A stretch of 64,000 bases of DNA from Candidatus Sysuiplasma jiujiangense (GCA_019721075.1 JAHEAD010000014.1:404-64403), one strand, 5' to 3'; positions 31,212 through 42,376 are shown, numbered from the stretch's first letter. Notes: generated by a model not told the origin, from the sequence alone. Made by a program: numbers and translations.

Positions 31212-31324
31212 ACTGCAGACCGGGTTGTTTTGTGTGACCCAATGAAGTGGGTGTTGACAGCGAAATGGCCTGAACTCCGGATCCAGGACATCACCTGACT
31301 CAATGGAATGTATGGCTTAAAAAA

Positions 31325-31717
31325 TTACATTGAATTGATGATGCCGTCAATTTCCGCAATTACTCCCTTTTCCACATGATCTGTCCAGAGCATTTCGGAA
31401 ATGTCAAGGGGGAGGAATATGCTCGACAGAAAGAGCGTTTCAACAGCCATCACGCCGAGATTTCGCACCCACTTTCCCACACCGACGTTCATTGATGTTC
31501 CTGCAGGAACCTGTTCGAATGTGAAGGTCAGTGCCCTGTCCGCCGCGATCATATCCCTGAGGATGCCGGCCTTCTGAGCCTGTATTACTCCCCTGTTGCC
31601 TTCTACCCGTTGCTGGACTTTCCATTTTTCCTGCTGAAGATGGCTGGCAACAGTCTGTGTAAGCGCATTGACATCCATCTGCTTTCCGTATGTTTTCTGC
31701 TTTTTAAAAATGGGCAT
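31325..31717 (-). CDS. Hypothetical protein
   Basis: 130-aa ORF with GGAGG upstream and protein-like composition; no family recognised. Confidence 0.7.
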   Translation of the reverse strand: MPIFKKQKTYGKQMDVNALTQTVASHLQQEKWKVQQRVEGNRGVIQAQKAGILRDMIAADRALTFTFEQVPAGTSMNVGVGKWVRNLGVMAVETLFLSSIFLPLDISEMLWTDHVEKGVIAEIDGIINSM

Positions 31718-31897
31718 CGTTTCTTCCTCCAGATATTCAAGGACGACTACCTTGCCAAGTTATTAAAAGATTGGCATTTTGCAAGCCCTGGCGAAAAACC
31801 CGCTTTCCGCAAATGCGGTCCACAGCGCTTCAGCAAGTTTTCAGTCAATGCAAATCAGTACGGAGGTATTTCGCCAAGTGACGCGACGACTTACACA

Positions 31898-32347
31898 TCA
31901 CCCTTCAGTGATCTTTATCGCGCTCGTCGGGCAGACAGGCACGCACGCCATGCAGTAGACGCATTCCTTCTCTCTCACGGGATCACATTTGTCGGTCCTG
32001 TATTTTGCATAGTTTTCCTTGTCATCCGAAATCTTCTTGTCGTTATTGACGCCCATCTGTCCCTGATTAAGGAACCATTCGTAGAGGGTTACCGGGCAGA
32101 CATCCATGCATTCTCCGTCCGCTATGCAGGCTTCCCAGTCGACTGCTACATTGGTTCCGTGTATACCGAGCTTGGTCGGATAGGGCTTTCCTTCTGAATC
32201 GGTACGCTGCATTCCTTCCGCACGAACCTCATGATCGGTTCCCGCATAGGTCTTGTGCGTACCCGTGACTGGATAGTGCTCCTGGTCGTTCAGGAAGTTT
32301 TCATCTATTGGCTTAGGTTTGTAATCCAGGCTTTCGAGTTCTACCAT
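31898..32347 (-). CDS. zfx: Zinc-containing ferredoxin
   Basis: KPKPIDE, RAEGMQR, YPTKLGIHGT, CIADGECMDVCP, DKCDPVRE, CVYCMACVPVCP: closely resembles Thermoplasma Zfx as I recall it. Confidence 0.92.
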   Translation of the reverse strand: MVELESLDYKPKPIDENFLNDQEHYPVTGTHKTYAGTDHEVRAEGMQRTDSEGKPYPTKLGIHGTNVAVDWEACIADGECMDVCPVTLYEWFLNQGQMGVNNDKKISDDKENYAKYRTDKCDPVREKECVYCMACVPVCPTSAIKITEG

Positions 32348-32508
32348 TCAGATAACCTCTATTTGCGCGTTTAGTAAAAAGCAATGACATATTAATATTG
32401 CGCTTAAGCGAATATGCGGCAGACAGAGTGTTGGCCTGAAATACTGCACGGAAAATGACTAAGTTGAATTAGCTGCACAGTCCGCCTGCATCTGAAATAT
32501 GAAGTGCG

Positions 32509-33963
32509 TCAATATTGTTCAAAGGCATCGCCACGCGGATCAAATCCGCTTGAAACTGAATCGCCGGCGAATATTCCCTGAGCATGACCCATAAGACCGC
32601 TGCCATACTCAACACTTTCCGACTGTGGAAGTTTGAGGCCCCTCTCCGAGATCAGCCTTGCGCCTCCGTAAATGGAAGCCGGATAGCAGAACCGGGGGGC
32701 CGAGATAGCCTCCTGGATATCCTCATCGAAATCGATCACCCTTGATAGAATCTGCATGTTTGTCTGAGGCTGAATATCTCCGCCCATTGAACTAAGGTAG
32801 ATTCTGCCCGGACCCCTGCACACCGTAGCCATCAGCGTATGGAATGTCTTCCTCCGCGGAGCCACACAATTATGATGCCCTTTGTCAAGACTGAAATAGG
32901 AGCCGCGGTTGCTCAGATTTATTCCGGTGCCATGAACATTAAAACCCGAGCCGAACCCCATGTAATTGCTCTGTATTGCACTGATGCCGGCGCTTCCGTC
33001 ATAAACGGAGAATGCAGTGGTGTCTGAAAGTGAGTCTGGCCCAGCAGACAGGTTTTCAAGAGGCGCATAGTCGAAATCCGGCATGAGCACCCTTGACGGG
33101 AGTTTGACATGCGAAGGGTCGCCGATGAATCTTGCCCTGTAATCGTACGCCTTCTTCATCGTCTCCATCATTGCGGAATAATAGCCCTCTGTTCCGGGAG
33201 GATCCAGTTTGATCCGATTAAGCATATTCATCCAGAAGATCAGCGTCGCACCCTGACTATTGGGAGGTGTGGTGTAAACGGAATAACCACGGTATCGCGT
33301 GCTCAACGGCTCCTTCCACTCAGCTCCGTATTCATCAAGATCCGCGAACCTCATCAGGCCCCCTTTTGCAATCATGTCCTCCTCTATCCTTTTTGCGATC
33401 TCGCCGTGATAAAAGGAATGCCCGGAATCCTTTGATATCGATTCCAGGGTGTCTGCAAGTTCAACCTGTCTCAGAATGGAATTTTCGCGGATACCATGAT
33501 ATATCCGCATCCAGTCATCGTCATTATAGGGTGCTCTCGACACGGAACTCGAAAGACTCTTCTGGACCCTGAAGCCATCTCTCGCGTACTGAACCGCCCT
33601 CCTGAAAAGGATCGGTAGCCTCATCGACGCATGTCGCTCCAGGAGAGCCCAGGCAGAAACCATTCCCGGCACCACAAAAGCTGCGTGCGGTCCGAATTTC
33701 GGTATTTCGCCATAGCCCTTTTCTCTAAAGAACTCGGATGAGGCGAGGTCCGCTGCATATCCACTGCCGTTTACAGTCATCACGCCGGAATCGTCAGTTA
33801 CCGCAAAAAAATCGCCGCCGAGGCCGTTCAAGTGAGGCTGGACAACGGTAAGTGCCGCGCTTACAGCCAGAACGGCATCAAACGCATTACCTCCTTCCTC
33901 AAGGACTTCGATGCCTGCCCTTGTTGCCAGAGGGTGGCAGGATGCCACGGAATATTCGTTCAT
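32509..33963 (-). CDS. ggt: Gamma-glutamyltransferase family protein
   Basis: GGNAFDA, GLGGD, PPNSQG, DTT nucleophile, QSNYMGFGSG, FHTL, MGGDIQPQ, DPRGD. Confidence 0.92.
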   Translation of the reverse strand: MNEYSVASCHPLATRAGIEVLEEGGNAFDAVLAVSAALTVVQPHLNGLGGDFFAVTDDSGVMTVNGSGYAADLASSEFFREKGYGEIPKFGPHAAFVVPGMVSAWALLERHASMRLPILFRRAVQYARDGFRVQKSLSSSVSRAPYNDDDWMRIYHGIRENSILRQVELADTLESISKDSGHSFYHGEIAKRIEEDMIAKGGLMRFADLDEYGAEWKEPLSTRYRGYSVYTTPPNSQGATLIFWMNMLNRIKLDPPGTEGYYSAMMETMKKAYDYRARFIGDPSHVKLPSRVLMPDFDYAPLENLSAGPDSLSDTTAFSVYDGSAGISAIQSNYMGFGSGFNVHGTGINLSNRGSYFSLDKGHHNCVAPRRKTFHTLMATVCRGPGRIYLSSMGGDIQPQTNMQILSRVIDFDEDIQEAISAPRFCYPASIYGGARLISERGLKLPQSESVEYGSGLMGHAQGIFAGDSVSSGFDPRGDAFEQY

Positions 33964-34085
33964 ATCAGACGCCGCATGATTGTTTTCTGCGTAAATAACG
34001 TTTACCTCATGACTTAAAAGTAATACGTTTATGCAGTATTAACAAGCTTAACAACCTCTAAATATGCAATTTATGGTGACGGGCT

Positions 34086-36503
34086 ATGAATGTTTCGCGA
34101 TACAACATTGAGCTCGATATAGATTTCAGCAAGCAAAACTACACCGGATCTGTTGAGATCCATGCAGAGGAAGTTGCAGGAAACATAGCCCTGGACTCCG
34201 AAGGGCTCGAAATATATGAAGTTGCTACGGCGGGAAAAAAGCTGGGATGGAAGCTGGTAGCGTCGAGTCGTAAACTGCTGATCTATTGCGGAAAGCACAA
34301 GAAATTCAGATTTAGCGTCAGGTTCGCCGGAAAGGCGAAAGAAGGATCTCTTCAGGGCTTTTACCGTTCAAGATATAAAGGGGGATATATACTTACGACA
34401 CAATTCGAACCGACAGGTGCGAGATCATTCATCCCGTGCTTTGACAATCCCACCTTCAAATCCGTATTCAGGCTGAAGGTTAAGGTGGATCGCGGGCTTT
34501 CGGTCATTTCAAACATGGCGGTAATCGGAAGGCATGCCAGGGGGAAGAAGACCGAATATCTCTTTTCAGATACCCCCAGAATGTCGACCTACCTGCTTTA
34601 CCTGGGCATCGGCAAATTCGAAGAACAAAGACACAAATCAGATGGAAAAGAAGTGATCGTCGCTTCCGTTCCAGGGCAGAAGGGCAAAGGGAAATTCGCA
34701 ATCGACACGGCTGTCAAATGCCTCCGCGAATATGAAGATTACTACGGCATCGCATACCCTCTGGATAAACTTCACCTGATAGGCATACCCGAATACTCGG
34801 TTGGAGCGATGGAAAACTGGGGAAGCATCACGTTCAGAGAGAATCTGCTGTATGTCGACAGATCGACAAGCGAATCCAACAAGAGACAGGCTGCATCCGT
34901 GATAGCCCACGAGATAGCGCACCAGTGGTTCGGGAACCTGGTTACAATGAAGTGGTGGAATGATCTCTGGCTGAATGAGAGTTTCGCAACCTACATGAGC
35001 TATAAGATTACGGACAAACTGTATCCTGAATGGAATGTCTGGTCCGATTTCCTTCTTTTCGACACAGGCCCTTCTATGCAGGGCGACTCGCTGAGGAGCA
35101 CCCATCCGATAGATGTTAAAGTCAGGGAACCTGAAGAGATCAGCCAGATTTTTGACGAAATAAGTTACGGAAAGGGCGGCAGTGTGCTGAGGATGATAGA
35201 CATGTACGTTGGAGACAGAACGTTCAGGAAGGGTGTTAACAAGTACCTGAGAAAATTCCGGTATTCCAACGCATCCAGCCATGATTTCTGGAATGCGCTG
35301 AGGGATGCATCCGGAATGAGAATTGATACAATAATGAAAGCATGGATTACCAAGCCCGGCTATCCGGTAATCAGCGTGAAATCCGATAAGAAGGGTGTCA
35401 CGCTCGAACAAAGGAGGTTCACATTTAAGGAAAGTGCAAGCAAAGACAGATGGCCCATTCCAATTACCTACAAATCTACAGGTGGTGAAGGGAGAATTCT
35501 GTTTGACAGGAAGAGCATCCATATTGCCGTCGGCGATCCATCGGACTTTCTTATCAATGAGTCCAGATCCGGATACTTCAGGGTGGAATACGATGATGAC
35601 ATCTATTCTTCGATTTACAAGAAAGTTCGGAAGATGAATCCGCATGCCCGATGGGGAATCATTTCTGATCTTTTTGCTTTCCTTGCTGCAGGCAGAATAA
35701 GCGAAAAACTCTATTTCAGCTTTGCAGACCTGCTTTCGGAGGATGACAACTACCTTGTTGTAAATGAGATTAACTCTCAGCTCAAGACACTCTGCACTCT
35801 TCTGCCCGGCCCCAATCCAGTCAGCGCAAGATACAATAAATTCTGTCACCTGCATCTGGAAAGGATTGGTATTGAGGGAAGAGGAAATGAGGACAGGAGT
35901 CTGACGGTGCTCAGGGAAAATCTGTGTGACGGACTGGTAATGACTGACGACAAATTTGCAGCCGATCTCTCTCAGCGATTCAGTGGCTGGAATAATCTGA
36001 AACCGGAACTGAAGCAGGCGGTTGCTGTAGCCTACGCCAGAACTTACGGTGCCTCAGGTTTGAATAAACTGATTCGTGCGCTGAAGGATTCAAAAACAGA
36101 TCAGGATGCCACAAAGATCACCATATCCCTTGCTTCATTCAGGGACGAATCTGCCGTAATGAAGGCACTTGAACTGTCGTTCACTGGCGATCTCAATATC
36201 GGGCACGTTCCATATGTCATAATCAGCTGCAGCCGAAATCCGGACGCAAGGAGGGTACTCTGGAAATGGTTCAGGTCCAATGATGGAAAACTGATACAGG
36301 CTTATTCCGGGACCGGCCTCATCGCTCCGATGATTGAATACATCATAAGCGGCTGCGGCATAGTCGATCCGGAAGACGTGAGGCAGTACTTTGCACAAAA
36401 GAGCATAGCCGAGGCAACCAGAGCTGCGAGAAAGGGACTGGAGCAACTTGACATTAACCTGAGCCTGATAAAGAAGCTTGATGATATAGGGAATGCTGCA
36501 TAA
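34086..36503 (+). CDS. M1-family aminopeptidase (tricorn interacting factor F2/F3-like)
   Basis: TQFE, GAMENWG, HEIAHQWFG...LWLNESFA, SYGKG. Confidence 0.95.
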   Translation: MNVSRYNIELDIDFSKQNYTGSVEIHAEEVAGNIALDSEGLEIYEVATAGKKLGWKLVASSRKLLIYCGKHKKFRFSVRFAGKAKEGSLQGFYRSRYKGGYILTTQFEPTGARSFIPCFDNPTFKSVFRLKVKVDRGLSVISNMAVIGRHARGKKTEYLFSDTPRMSTYLLYLGIGKFEEQRHKSDGKEVIVASVPGQKGKGKFAIDTAVKCLREYEDYYGIAYPLDKLHLIGIPEYSVGAMENWGSITFRENLLYVDRSTSESNKRQAASVIAHEIAHQWFGNLVTMKWWNDLWLNESFATYMSYKITDKLYPEWNVWSDFLLFDTGPSMQGDSLRSTHPIDVKVREPEEISQIFDEISYGKGGSVLRMIDMYVGDRTFRKGVNKYLRKFRYSNASSHDFWNALRDASGMRIDTIMKAWITKPGYPVISVKSDKKGVTLEQRRFTFKESASKDRWPIPITYKSTGGEGRILFDRKSIHIAVGDPSDFLINESRSGYFRVEYDDDIYSSIYKKVRKMNPHARWGIISDLFAFLAAGRISEKLYFSFADLLSEDDNYLVVNEINSQLKTLCTLLPGPNPVSARYNKFCHLHLERIGIEGRGNEDRSLTVLRENLCDGLVMTDDKFAADLSQRFSGWNNLKPELKQAVAVAYARTYGASGLNKLIRALKDSKTDQDATKITISLASFRDESAVMKALELSFTGDLNIGHVPYVIISCSRNPDARRVLWKWFRSNDGKLIQAYSGTGLIAPMIEYIISGCGIVDPEDVRQYFAQKSIAEATRAARKGLEQLDINLSLIKKLDDIGNAA

Positions 36504-36554
36504 TAGATGTTGTACTGGCCGCCGCAACCGGGCGGCGCATCAGGAGGATGAGAT

Positions 36555-37007
36555 ATGCTGAAAATCGGGGAAACTGCTCCAGACTTCAAACTGGCTGATG
36601 AAGAAGGTAAATTGTTCGCACTTTATGAAGAATTGCGAAAGGGACCGATCGTCCTTTATTTCTATCCCAGGGATTTCACTGCAGGCTGCACGGCCGAAGC
36701 CTGCGGATTCAGAGACAGCTACGATTCATTCGCATCCATGGGCTATCAAGTAGTTGGCGTCAGCTCAGACAATGGGGAGAGACACAGGAGGTTCAAAGGT
36801 TCAAACAAACTGCCGTTCAGGCTGCTCACAGACGCCGACAGATCTGTTGCCCGGAGTTTCGGAATAGGGAAAACATTCGGCATCATTCCGGGGAGGGTTA
36901 CATTTGTCATTTCGGGCGAAGGTAAAATTCAGCATGTGTTTGAATCACTTACAGACATCAGAGGGCACGTCGCCAGCGCGCTGGAAGCGGTAAACGGAAG
37001 CAGATGA
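36555..37007 (+). CDS. bcp: Peroxiredoxin, Bcp type
   Basis: YFYPRDFTAGCTAEACGFRD, GRVTFVI. Confidence 0.92.
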   Translation: MLKIGETAPDFKLADEEGKLFALYEELRKGPIVLYFYPRDFTAGCTAEACGFRDSYDSFASMGYQVVGVSSDNGERHRRFKGSNKLPFRLLTDADRSVARSFGIGKTFGIIPGRVTFVISGEGKIQHVFESLTDIRGHVASALEAVNGSR

Positions 37008-37268
37008 TGTCCATTGTCTCTGAGAAGACATGCGCGTGCATCTCCTGTTTTTGTCATCCAGCTGAGTCCACACAATGTGCCTTTACGCTGAGCGGAGCAG
37101 TGTGCAACGGGGACATGCATCAGGGAAATTGTGTGCGAAATGCCGGACTCAATCAGTTGCGGAAGGCAGAATACTCTATTGCAGGCAACTGCAGGCAACT
37201 TGTCTGACAGAGGTCGAAATGTCCCAGGAATCTGAGGCGGTGAAATTCTGCGGGAGGGGTGGCATTCA

Positions 37269-37475
37269 TTACGAGGTTGACGGCACGGCGGCTGCGCTCT
37301 GCTGATGCATTGCGGGAACAGTATAGATAATTACATGCCTGCATTTAATGCAGGTTATTACACACTTATCCAGGTCAATCTGGTTCTGCGAATATGCGTT
37401 TCTCAGTTCCTTTCTTATCCTTTCCGGATAAAGACAGTCACACTGACACTTTTCGTCGCTGCAGAATTTGCACAT
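37269..37475 (-). CDS. Small Cys-rich, probably metal-binding protein
   Basis: MCKFCSDEKCQCDC...CVITCIKC; GAGG upstream of the ATG and an AT-rich TATA-like tract at ~37532-37541. Confidence 0.5.
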   Translation of the reverse strand: MCKFCSDEKCQCDCLYPERIRKELRNAYSQNQIDLDKCVITCIKCRHVIIYTVPAMHQQSAAAVPSTS

Positions 37476-37679
37476 TTTCCTCACTTCCGCTTTTTTCCTT
37501 TCAAAGGACTATTTGAAAATAACCAACTTCATTAAATAAACCTATGCAACTCTTCAGACACCAACGCAAGGCTGCAGCCGTCCTTCGAGAATTCTTGCGG
37601 AACCGCCGGGGGGGGGAGAAAGAAGTCCATTCACTATGGCAGTCCACACCCCGTTCGGTTGCGCTTCGGATCTGGTGTT

Positions 37680-39194
37680 TCACGCTTCCTCGGCAGCCGC
37701 TGGCGTTTTGACGCCGGCTGCCCCGGCGATTGCGCTTCCGGCAAGCGATATGATTACATTGATCGTCACAGACAAGAGTCCGATGTAAAGCAGTCCGTAC
37801 GACGATTTGAAGAAGCTCGTGGCCAGAGGACCGAATTTGTTAGCCACTTCGACAAGATATATTCCGACGAACATTCCAACCGCCCAGCCGGCGATAAGAG
37901 AATGTTTGTTCAGCCTCTTAATGAACAGCGCCAGGAAAACAGCCGGAAGGATCTGGAGTATGATGACGCCACCGAGCAATTGCAGCTGGATAGCATAAGT
38001 CGCCGGCACAATGAAGACAAATCCAAGTGCGATAAACTTGAAAACGGCAGACATCCATTTTGCGAGTGATGCCTCAGTTCTTGCGGGCATCTTTGGCCAG
38101 AATTCCTTGACAATATTTCTGACGAAGAGATTCGCCTGTGCAATTGCCATTATTGCCGCAGGGACAAGGCCGCCTATGAATATGCCCAGAAGCGCTATGC
38201 CTGCAAACCAGCTCGGCATTGTGTATACAATCAGCGCAGGGACAACGAGTATACCTCTGGAAGCAGGAGAGATAGTGTCCAGGTAAGACATTGCAGGGCC
38301 CACGGCATATACGAGCACACCGAAAAGCGCCAGTAATGCCAGCCCGATTCCGTAAATCGGAAGCAGTGCAGTGCTCCTCCTCAGCTTCTTCTGATCAGAA
38401 GAGCTTAGGGACCCGTTTATTGCATGAGGGTAAAGGAAAAGCGCGAGCGCACTGCCCAGCCACAGCGTCCAGTATGCGGAACCGTCGACAGCTGGAAGCG
38501 ACTGGAACGACTTCTTGACTGCAAACGCATGCTGAAATCCACCGTAACTCAGAGGAACAACAATTATTATGACAATTACGGTGATAAAAATAAGGACATC
38601 CTTGAAGACTGCGGTAAGTGTTGCTCCCCTGAGCCCCGTCGCGAATGTGAAAACTGCGAGAACAATAAACGAAAGGACAAGCGAAATTTCGATGACAGTG
38701 TTAATGTCCGCCAGTCCGGACAGCATCACAGTGAGGACCGCTCTCATTCCGACAATCTGAAGGGCAATATAGGGAAGTTCCGCAACAATACCCGTTATGG
38801 CAAGCAGTATTGCAAGGGTGGGGCTTTTAAATTTATCTTTCACAAAATCCGAGGAGGTCACATACCCGTGCTTTTTGGCCTCCGCCCAGAGTCTCGGCAT
38901 GGTTAACATGGCGATGGCAAATGTCGTGGCTACGTAGGGGACTGCAAAGAAGAAAAGAGCACCTTTTGCGAACACGCCGGATGGGACAGCCACGAACGTA
39001 TAGGCCGTATAGAGGTCGGCACCTATCAGAAACCACGTAAGGTAAGCCCCAAGTCTTCTCCCCGCAAGTGCCCACTCGCCTATGAGACCGAGATCCCCCT
39101 TTCTCCATCTGCCCGCTGAGAATCCCAGGATGACAAAGATCGCAAAGAGAACGAGAAACGAGATTATTCCCGGCAATCCCAGAAGCATAGACAA
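37680..39194 (-). CDS. Sodium:solute symporter family permease (MctP-like)
   Basis: [29 protein letters not shown]; about 13 hydrophobic helices. Confidence 0.92.
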   Translation of the reverse strand: MSMLLGLPGIISFLVLFAIFVILGFSAGRWRKGDLGLIGEWALAGRRLGAYLTWFLIGADLYTAYTFVAVPSGVFAKGALFFFAVPYVATTFAIAMLTMPRLWAEAKKHGYVTSSDFVKDKFKSPTLAILLAITGIVAELPYIALQIVGMRAVLTVMLSGLADINTVIEISLVLSFIVLAVFTFATGLRGATLTAVFKDVLIFITVIVIIIVVPLSYGGFQHAFAVKKSFQSLPAVDGSAYWTLWLGSALALFLYPHAINGSLSSSDQKKLRRSTALLPIYGIGLALLALFGVLVYAVGPAMSYLDTISPASRGILVVPALIVYTMPSWFAGIALLGIFIGGLVPAAIMAIAQANLFVRNIVKEFWPKMPARTEASLAKWMSAVFKFIALGFVFIVPATYAIQLQLLGGVIILQILPAVFLALFIKRLNKHSLIAGWAVGMFVGIYLVEVANKFGPLATSFFKSSYGLLYIGLLSVTINVIISLAGSAIAGAAGVKTPAAAEEA

Positions 39195-39195
39195 T

Positions 39196-39432
39196 TCAGT
39201 TCACCTTCCCGTTGCTGTCTATGATGAATGCAGCAATAACGAAAAGAATTGCAGAAATCGCAAGCCATAGCGTCTGGAACCAGTAATAGAACGGGACTCC
39301 TGCAACAGTCGGCTGAACAACGTCAAAATACGGCAGGTCAAAGTATACTACGAACGGTATAAGCAGCAGTATGGCCGCAACTACATCCTTTCCCGCGTTT
39401 CGATGGGCACGTTTACCTGTATCGTTCTGCAT
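39196..39432 (-). CDS. DUF3311-like small membrane partner of the SSS transporter
   Basis: [13 protein letters not shown] motif, two TM segments, directly upstream of the symporter. Confidence 0.85.
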   Translation of the reverse strand: MQNDTGKRAHRNAGKDVVAAILLLIPFVVYFDLPYFDVVQPTVAGVPFYYWFQTLWLAISAILFVIAAFIIDSNGKVN

Positions 39433-39495
39433 TTCATTTCACCATAACTTCATGAGTCCAGCCTATGCCGGTTCCCAACCAATAACGAAAACGCC

Positions 39496-39514
39496 GCAAT
39501 AAAACGATTATTGC
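39496..39514. promoter_or_regulatory. Inverted repeat, candidate operator of the symporter operon
   Basis: GCAATAA-N5-TTATTGC between a minus-strand GAAAATTTAAG promoter (~39556-39566) and the start codon at 39432. Confidence 0.45.
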
Positions 39515-39833
39515 CGCTCCCCCATAATGTCCAGGAAGTAATCCGCAACATCATACTTAAATTTTCTCGATGCTCGGCAACTGTGTCCGTAGGAGCAGGA
39601 CAGAGCCACATGTTCATATGATCAAGGATATACCGCCGGATTGGTCGCCGGATTGAAATCCCGGCAGAATTGTGCCTTCCATGGAGAAAAGCGAATCTTC
39701 CAGTTCCCGCAACCGGGGCGGTCAGCATCAAAAATATGCCTTTCCTGCCCCGCATCACCTACAAATCTCATGTTCTGGATGCAATTCCTGATCCGGCTGC
39801 CCGGTTACGCAGAATTGAAGCAGATTGCGAATT

Positions 39834-40967
39834 TCATTCCACCAGAACTTTGCCCTCACCAATGACCATGACAGGCCATGAATCCAGTGAGAAAGGATCC
39901 TTGTTCCATATAACCATTGAAGCCTTGTTGCCTTTCTTCAGGGTGCCGATATCCGGGCATTTAAGTATTTCGGCAGCATTTCCGGTTATCAGTGAAATGG
40001 CCTCCTCTTTTGAAAGACCATACCGGAGGAAAAACCTCAGCTGAAGAAAAAGATTTCTCTGAAGAACAACCGGATGATCCGTCATAAGACAGTATTTTAG
40101 TCCCGACTCCGTCAGGTATTTCACGTTCTGCCATTTTTCATGCTTCAGTTCGACCTTGTAGGAAAAAGCATCCACCGGACCGTAGATTACATTCAGTTTG
40201 GCCTTCCTTACCTTGGTCCACAGTTCACCTGAATGCACGTCTCCCGCATGGTTTATCACGGCGCTGAAACCAAATTCCTTCACAAGACCGATAAGATTGA
40301 CTATGTCATCCTCTTTGTGCACGTGCACCATGAGTGTCTGCCTGCCGTCGAGTATGTCCATCAGTGCTTCGACATGCGGTTCAATTTCATCCTTCGACTT
40401 CTTCTTCCTCCTGAGTAGATTGGAGGCTTTCCTTGCCTTGATCAACTCACCTTTCAATATTGAAATCGCTCCCATCCTGGTCGTCGGACGAGTTCCTTTC
40501 CATTCTGTAGTCGATCTTGGATTATATCCCAGAGCTGCCTTTGTTCCTGGCTGGGAAATGAATGCATCTTCTATGTCTTTGGCAAAATTACGAATCAGAA
40601 CTGTCTTTCCACCAATGATGTTGCCGCTTCCCGGCATTATGTGGGAATAAAGGACCCCATGCTCAATACTCTCCTGAAATGCAGAATCGTCCATATAGAC
40701 TGAATCTATTGCATTGACCAGCGGTAGTACAGAATCCATGTGCTCATTCCCCTCCTCCTCGTTTGAGGGCTCACCGCTTCTGGCAAGACCTATGTGGCTG
40801 TGGCCATCAATGAAACCAGGAGTTACGACTCCCTCGGCAACTACTTCGCAGTCCGGTTTCTCGCTGCCGACGGAAACAAGCCTATCGCCTTCGAACGCGA
40901 TAAAAACATTGGATTTGGCTGACCTGGCTGTCCCGTCATAAAATACCGAGGCTTTTATACAGTTCAT
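39834..40967 (-). CDS. Amidohydrolase-superfamily protein
   Basis: PGFIDGHSHIG, K.ALG.NP, HVH, TDHPV, IT.NAA, G.L..G..A. Confidence 0.9.
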   Translation of the reverse strand: MNCIKASVFYDGTARSAKSNVFIAFEGDRLVSVGSEKPDCEVVAEGVVTPGFIDGHSHIGLARSGEPSNEEEGNEHMDSVLPLVNAIDSVYMDDSAFQESIEHGVLYSHIMPGSGNIIGGKTVLIRNFAKDIEDAFISQPGTKAALGYNPRSTTEWKGTRPTTRMGAISILKGELIKARKASNLLRRKKKSKDEIEPHVEALMDILDGRQTLMVHVHKEDDIVNLIGLVKEFGFSAVINHAGDVHSGELWTKVRKAKLNVIYGPVDAFSYKVELKHEKWQNVKYLTESGLKYCLMTDHPVVLQRNLFLQLRFFLRYGLSKEEAISLITGNAAEILKCPDIGTLKKGNKASMVIWNKDPFSLDSWPVMVIGEGKVLVE

Positions 40968-41164
40968 GGTCCGTTACATGAATACAAACTAAAAAGCATT
41001 TTCCCAGGCTGCTTGAAACAATAGTGATTTTAACAGCGCATTACACTATCACAATGCATGCACTTTCAAGGGTGAATGCACCTGTGTTCAAGTCTTGTGG
41101 AACCGCTGTGTAAGTCGTCCTGGCAACGGTTAACAATAAATAGAGTGTAAAATTTTGTTGCGGT

Positions 41165-42334
41165 GTGTCACTGCTTTCCATGATATGGCTGATTATCCTC
41201 TCAATTTTCACTGTTTATTCATTCATTTCCCTGGGAATTGTGTACATCCTCGCGATCAATATGGACAACATTGACAGGCATGTTTCTGCAGAATGTTTTC
41301 CACCGGCTTCCGCCGGTGGTCCCAAGGTCAGCATGATAATACCGTGCAGAAACGAACGGGAGGATATAGGGAAATGCATCGAATCGGCTCTTGCTCAGAG
41401 CTACCGAGACAAAGAAATAATAGTCGTTGACGGTAACTCGGAGGATGGAACATGGGATGCAATATGCAAGTACGCAGGCAGGATCAAAGCGCTTAGGGAA
41501 AGCGAAAGGCCAAAAGGCTGGACCGGAAAAAATTGGGGTGCATATCTCGGATACAGGGCGTCAGATGGAGAAATACTGCTGTTTGTCGATGGCGACATGG
41601 TTCTTGAGCCTGATATGGTGACAAAATGTGTCTGTACAATGAAGCAGGAAAAGATAGATCTGCTGTCACTCGGACCAAAAATGGTAATGAACGGATTCTG
41701 GGAAAAGCTGATGCTGCCTCTTTTTGCGCAGTTCATCATGCTCCTGTACATGCCGCCGCTTATGAACCGTGACAGGGGAAAATGGGCGATGGCTAACGGA
41801 CAATTCCTCATGGCCAGAAGAGAGGCATATGAAAAATCTGGCACGCACGAGCGAATTAGAGGAAAGATTGTTGAAGATGTCAATCTGGCAAAAATGTTCA
41901 GAGCGAGTGGCTTCCGGGTGCGTTTTTACTGGGCGAGCCAGTATCTCAGTACTAGAATGTACAGGAATTTTGCTGAACTGTGGGAAGGAATAGTCCGTGA
42001 CATACAGGGTGAGGTCGGCCGCCGTTTCCACCTGTACCTCCTGAACGCGCTTTACATCGTGGCAACCTTTTATCTTCCGGTGGTCCTCGCCCTCTATTTT
42101 GCATTTGCCGGAGAAGCTCTTCTGGCATCAATATCAGCGATTTCACTGATTTTCATTGTCCTGAGAATGTTTGTTTTCCAGGTTGGCACAGGCAGCCCAA
42201 AATGGTTTTCGCTGCTCTTTCCGGTTTCAATGGGAATGTACCTCGCCATGGTGTTGGCTGCTTTTTCAAAGGCCCTGAGGGGTGCAGACGTGGTTTGGAA
42301 AAAGAGGCACTATCCAATCACAATGGAGGAGTAA
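41165..42334 (+). CDS. Membrane-bound family 2 glycosyltransferase (HpnB/CrtQ-like)
   Basis: IIPCRNE, GWTGK, FVDGD, ANGQF, VED; terminal TM helices and WK.R.Y. Confidence 0.88.
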   Translation: MSLLSMIWLIILSIFTVYSFISLGIVYILAINMDNIDRHVSAECFPPASAGGPKVSMIIPCRNEREDIGKCIESALAQSYRDKEIIVVDGNSEDGTWDAICKYAGRIKALRESERPKGWTGKNWGAYLGYRASDGEILLFVDGDMVLEPDMVTKCVCTMKQEKIDLLSLGPKMVMNGFWEKLMLPLFAQFIMLLYMPPLMNRDRGKWAMANGQFLMARREAYEKSGTHERIRGKIVEDVNLAKMFRASGFRVRFYWASQYLSTRMYRNFAELWEGIVRDIQGEVGRRFHLYLLNALYIVATFYLPVVLALYFAFAGEALLASISAISLIFIVLRMFVFQVGTGSPKWFSLLFPVSMGMYLAMVLAAFSKALRGADVVWKKRHYPITMEE

Positions 42335-42376
42335 GCCGCAGCCGTTGCTGAAAAAACGCTGAAAGAAAACAGCTGC

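Noticed and set aside
32389..32415. Palindromes ATATTAATAT and CGCTTAAGCG upstream of zfx
   Set aside because: Short and overlapping the AT-rich promoter; cannot be distinguished from chance.
34638..35855. 405-aa minus-strand ORF
   Set aside because: Antisense shadow of the M1 aminopeptidase with no motifs.
37004..37207. Cys-rich 67-aa ORF overlapping the bcp stop
   Set aside because: The ATGA overlap is suggestive, but the Cys spacing is irregular and there is no other support; left uncalled.
37608..37616. G9 homopolymer as a phase-variation tract
   Set aside because: Intergenic, downstream of the symporter and not evidently within a promoter or ORF.
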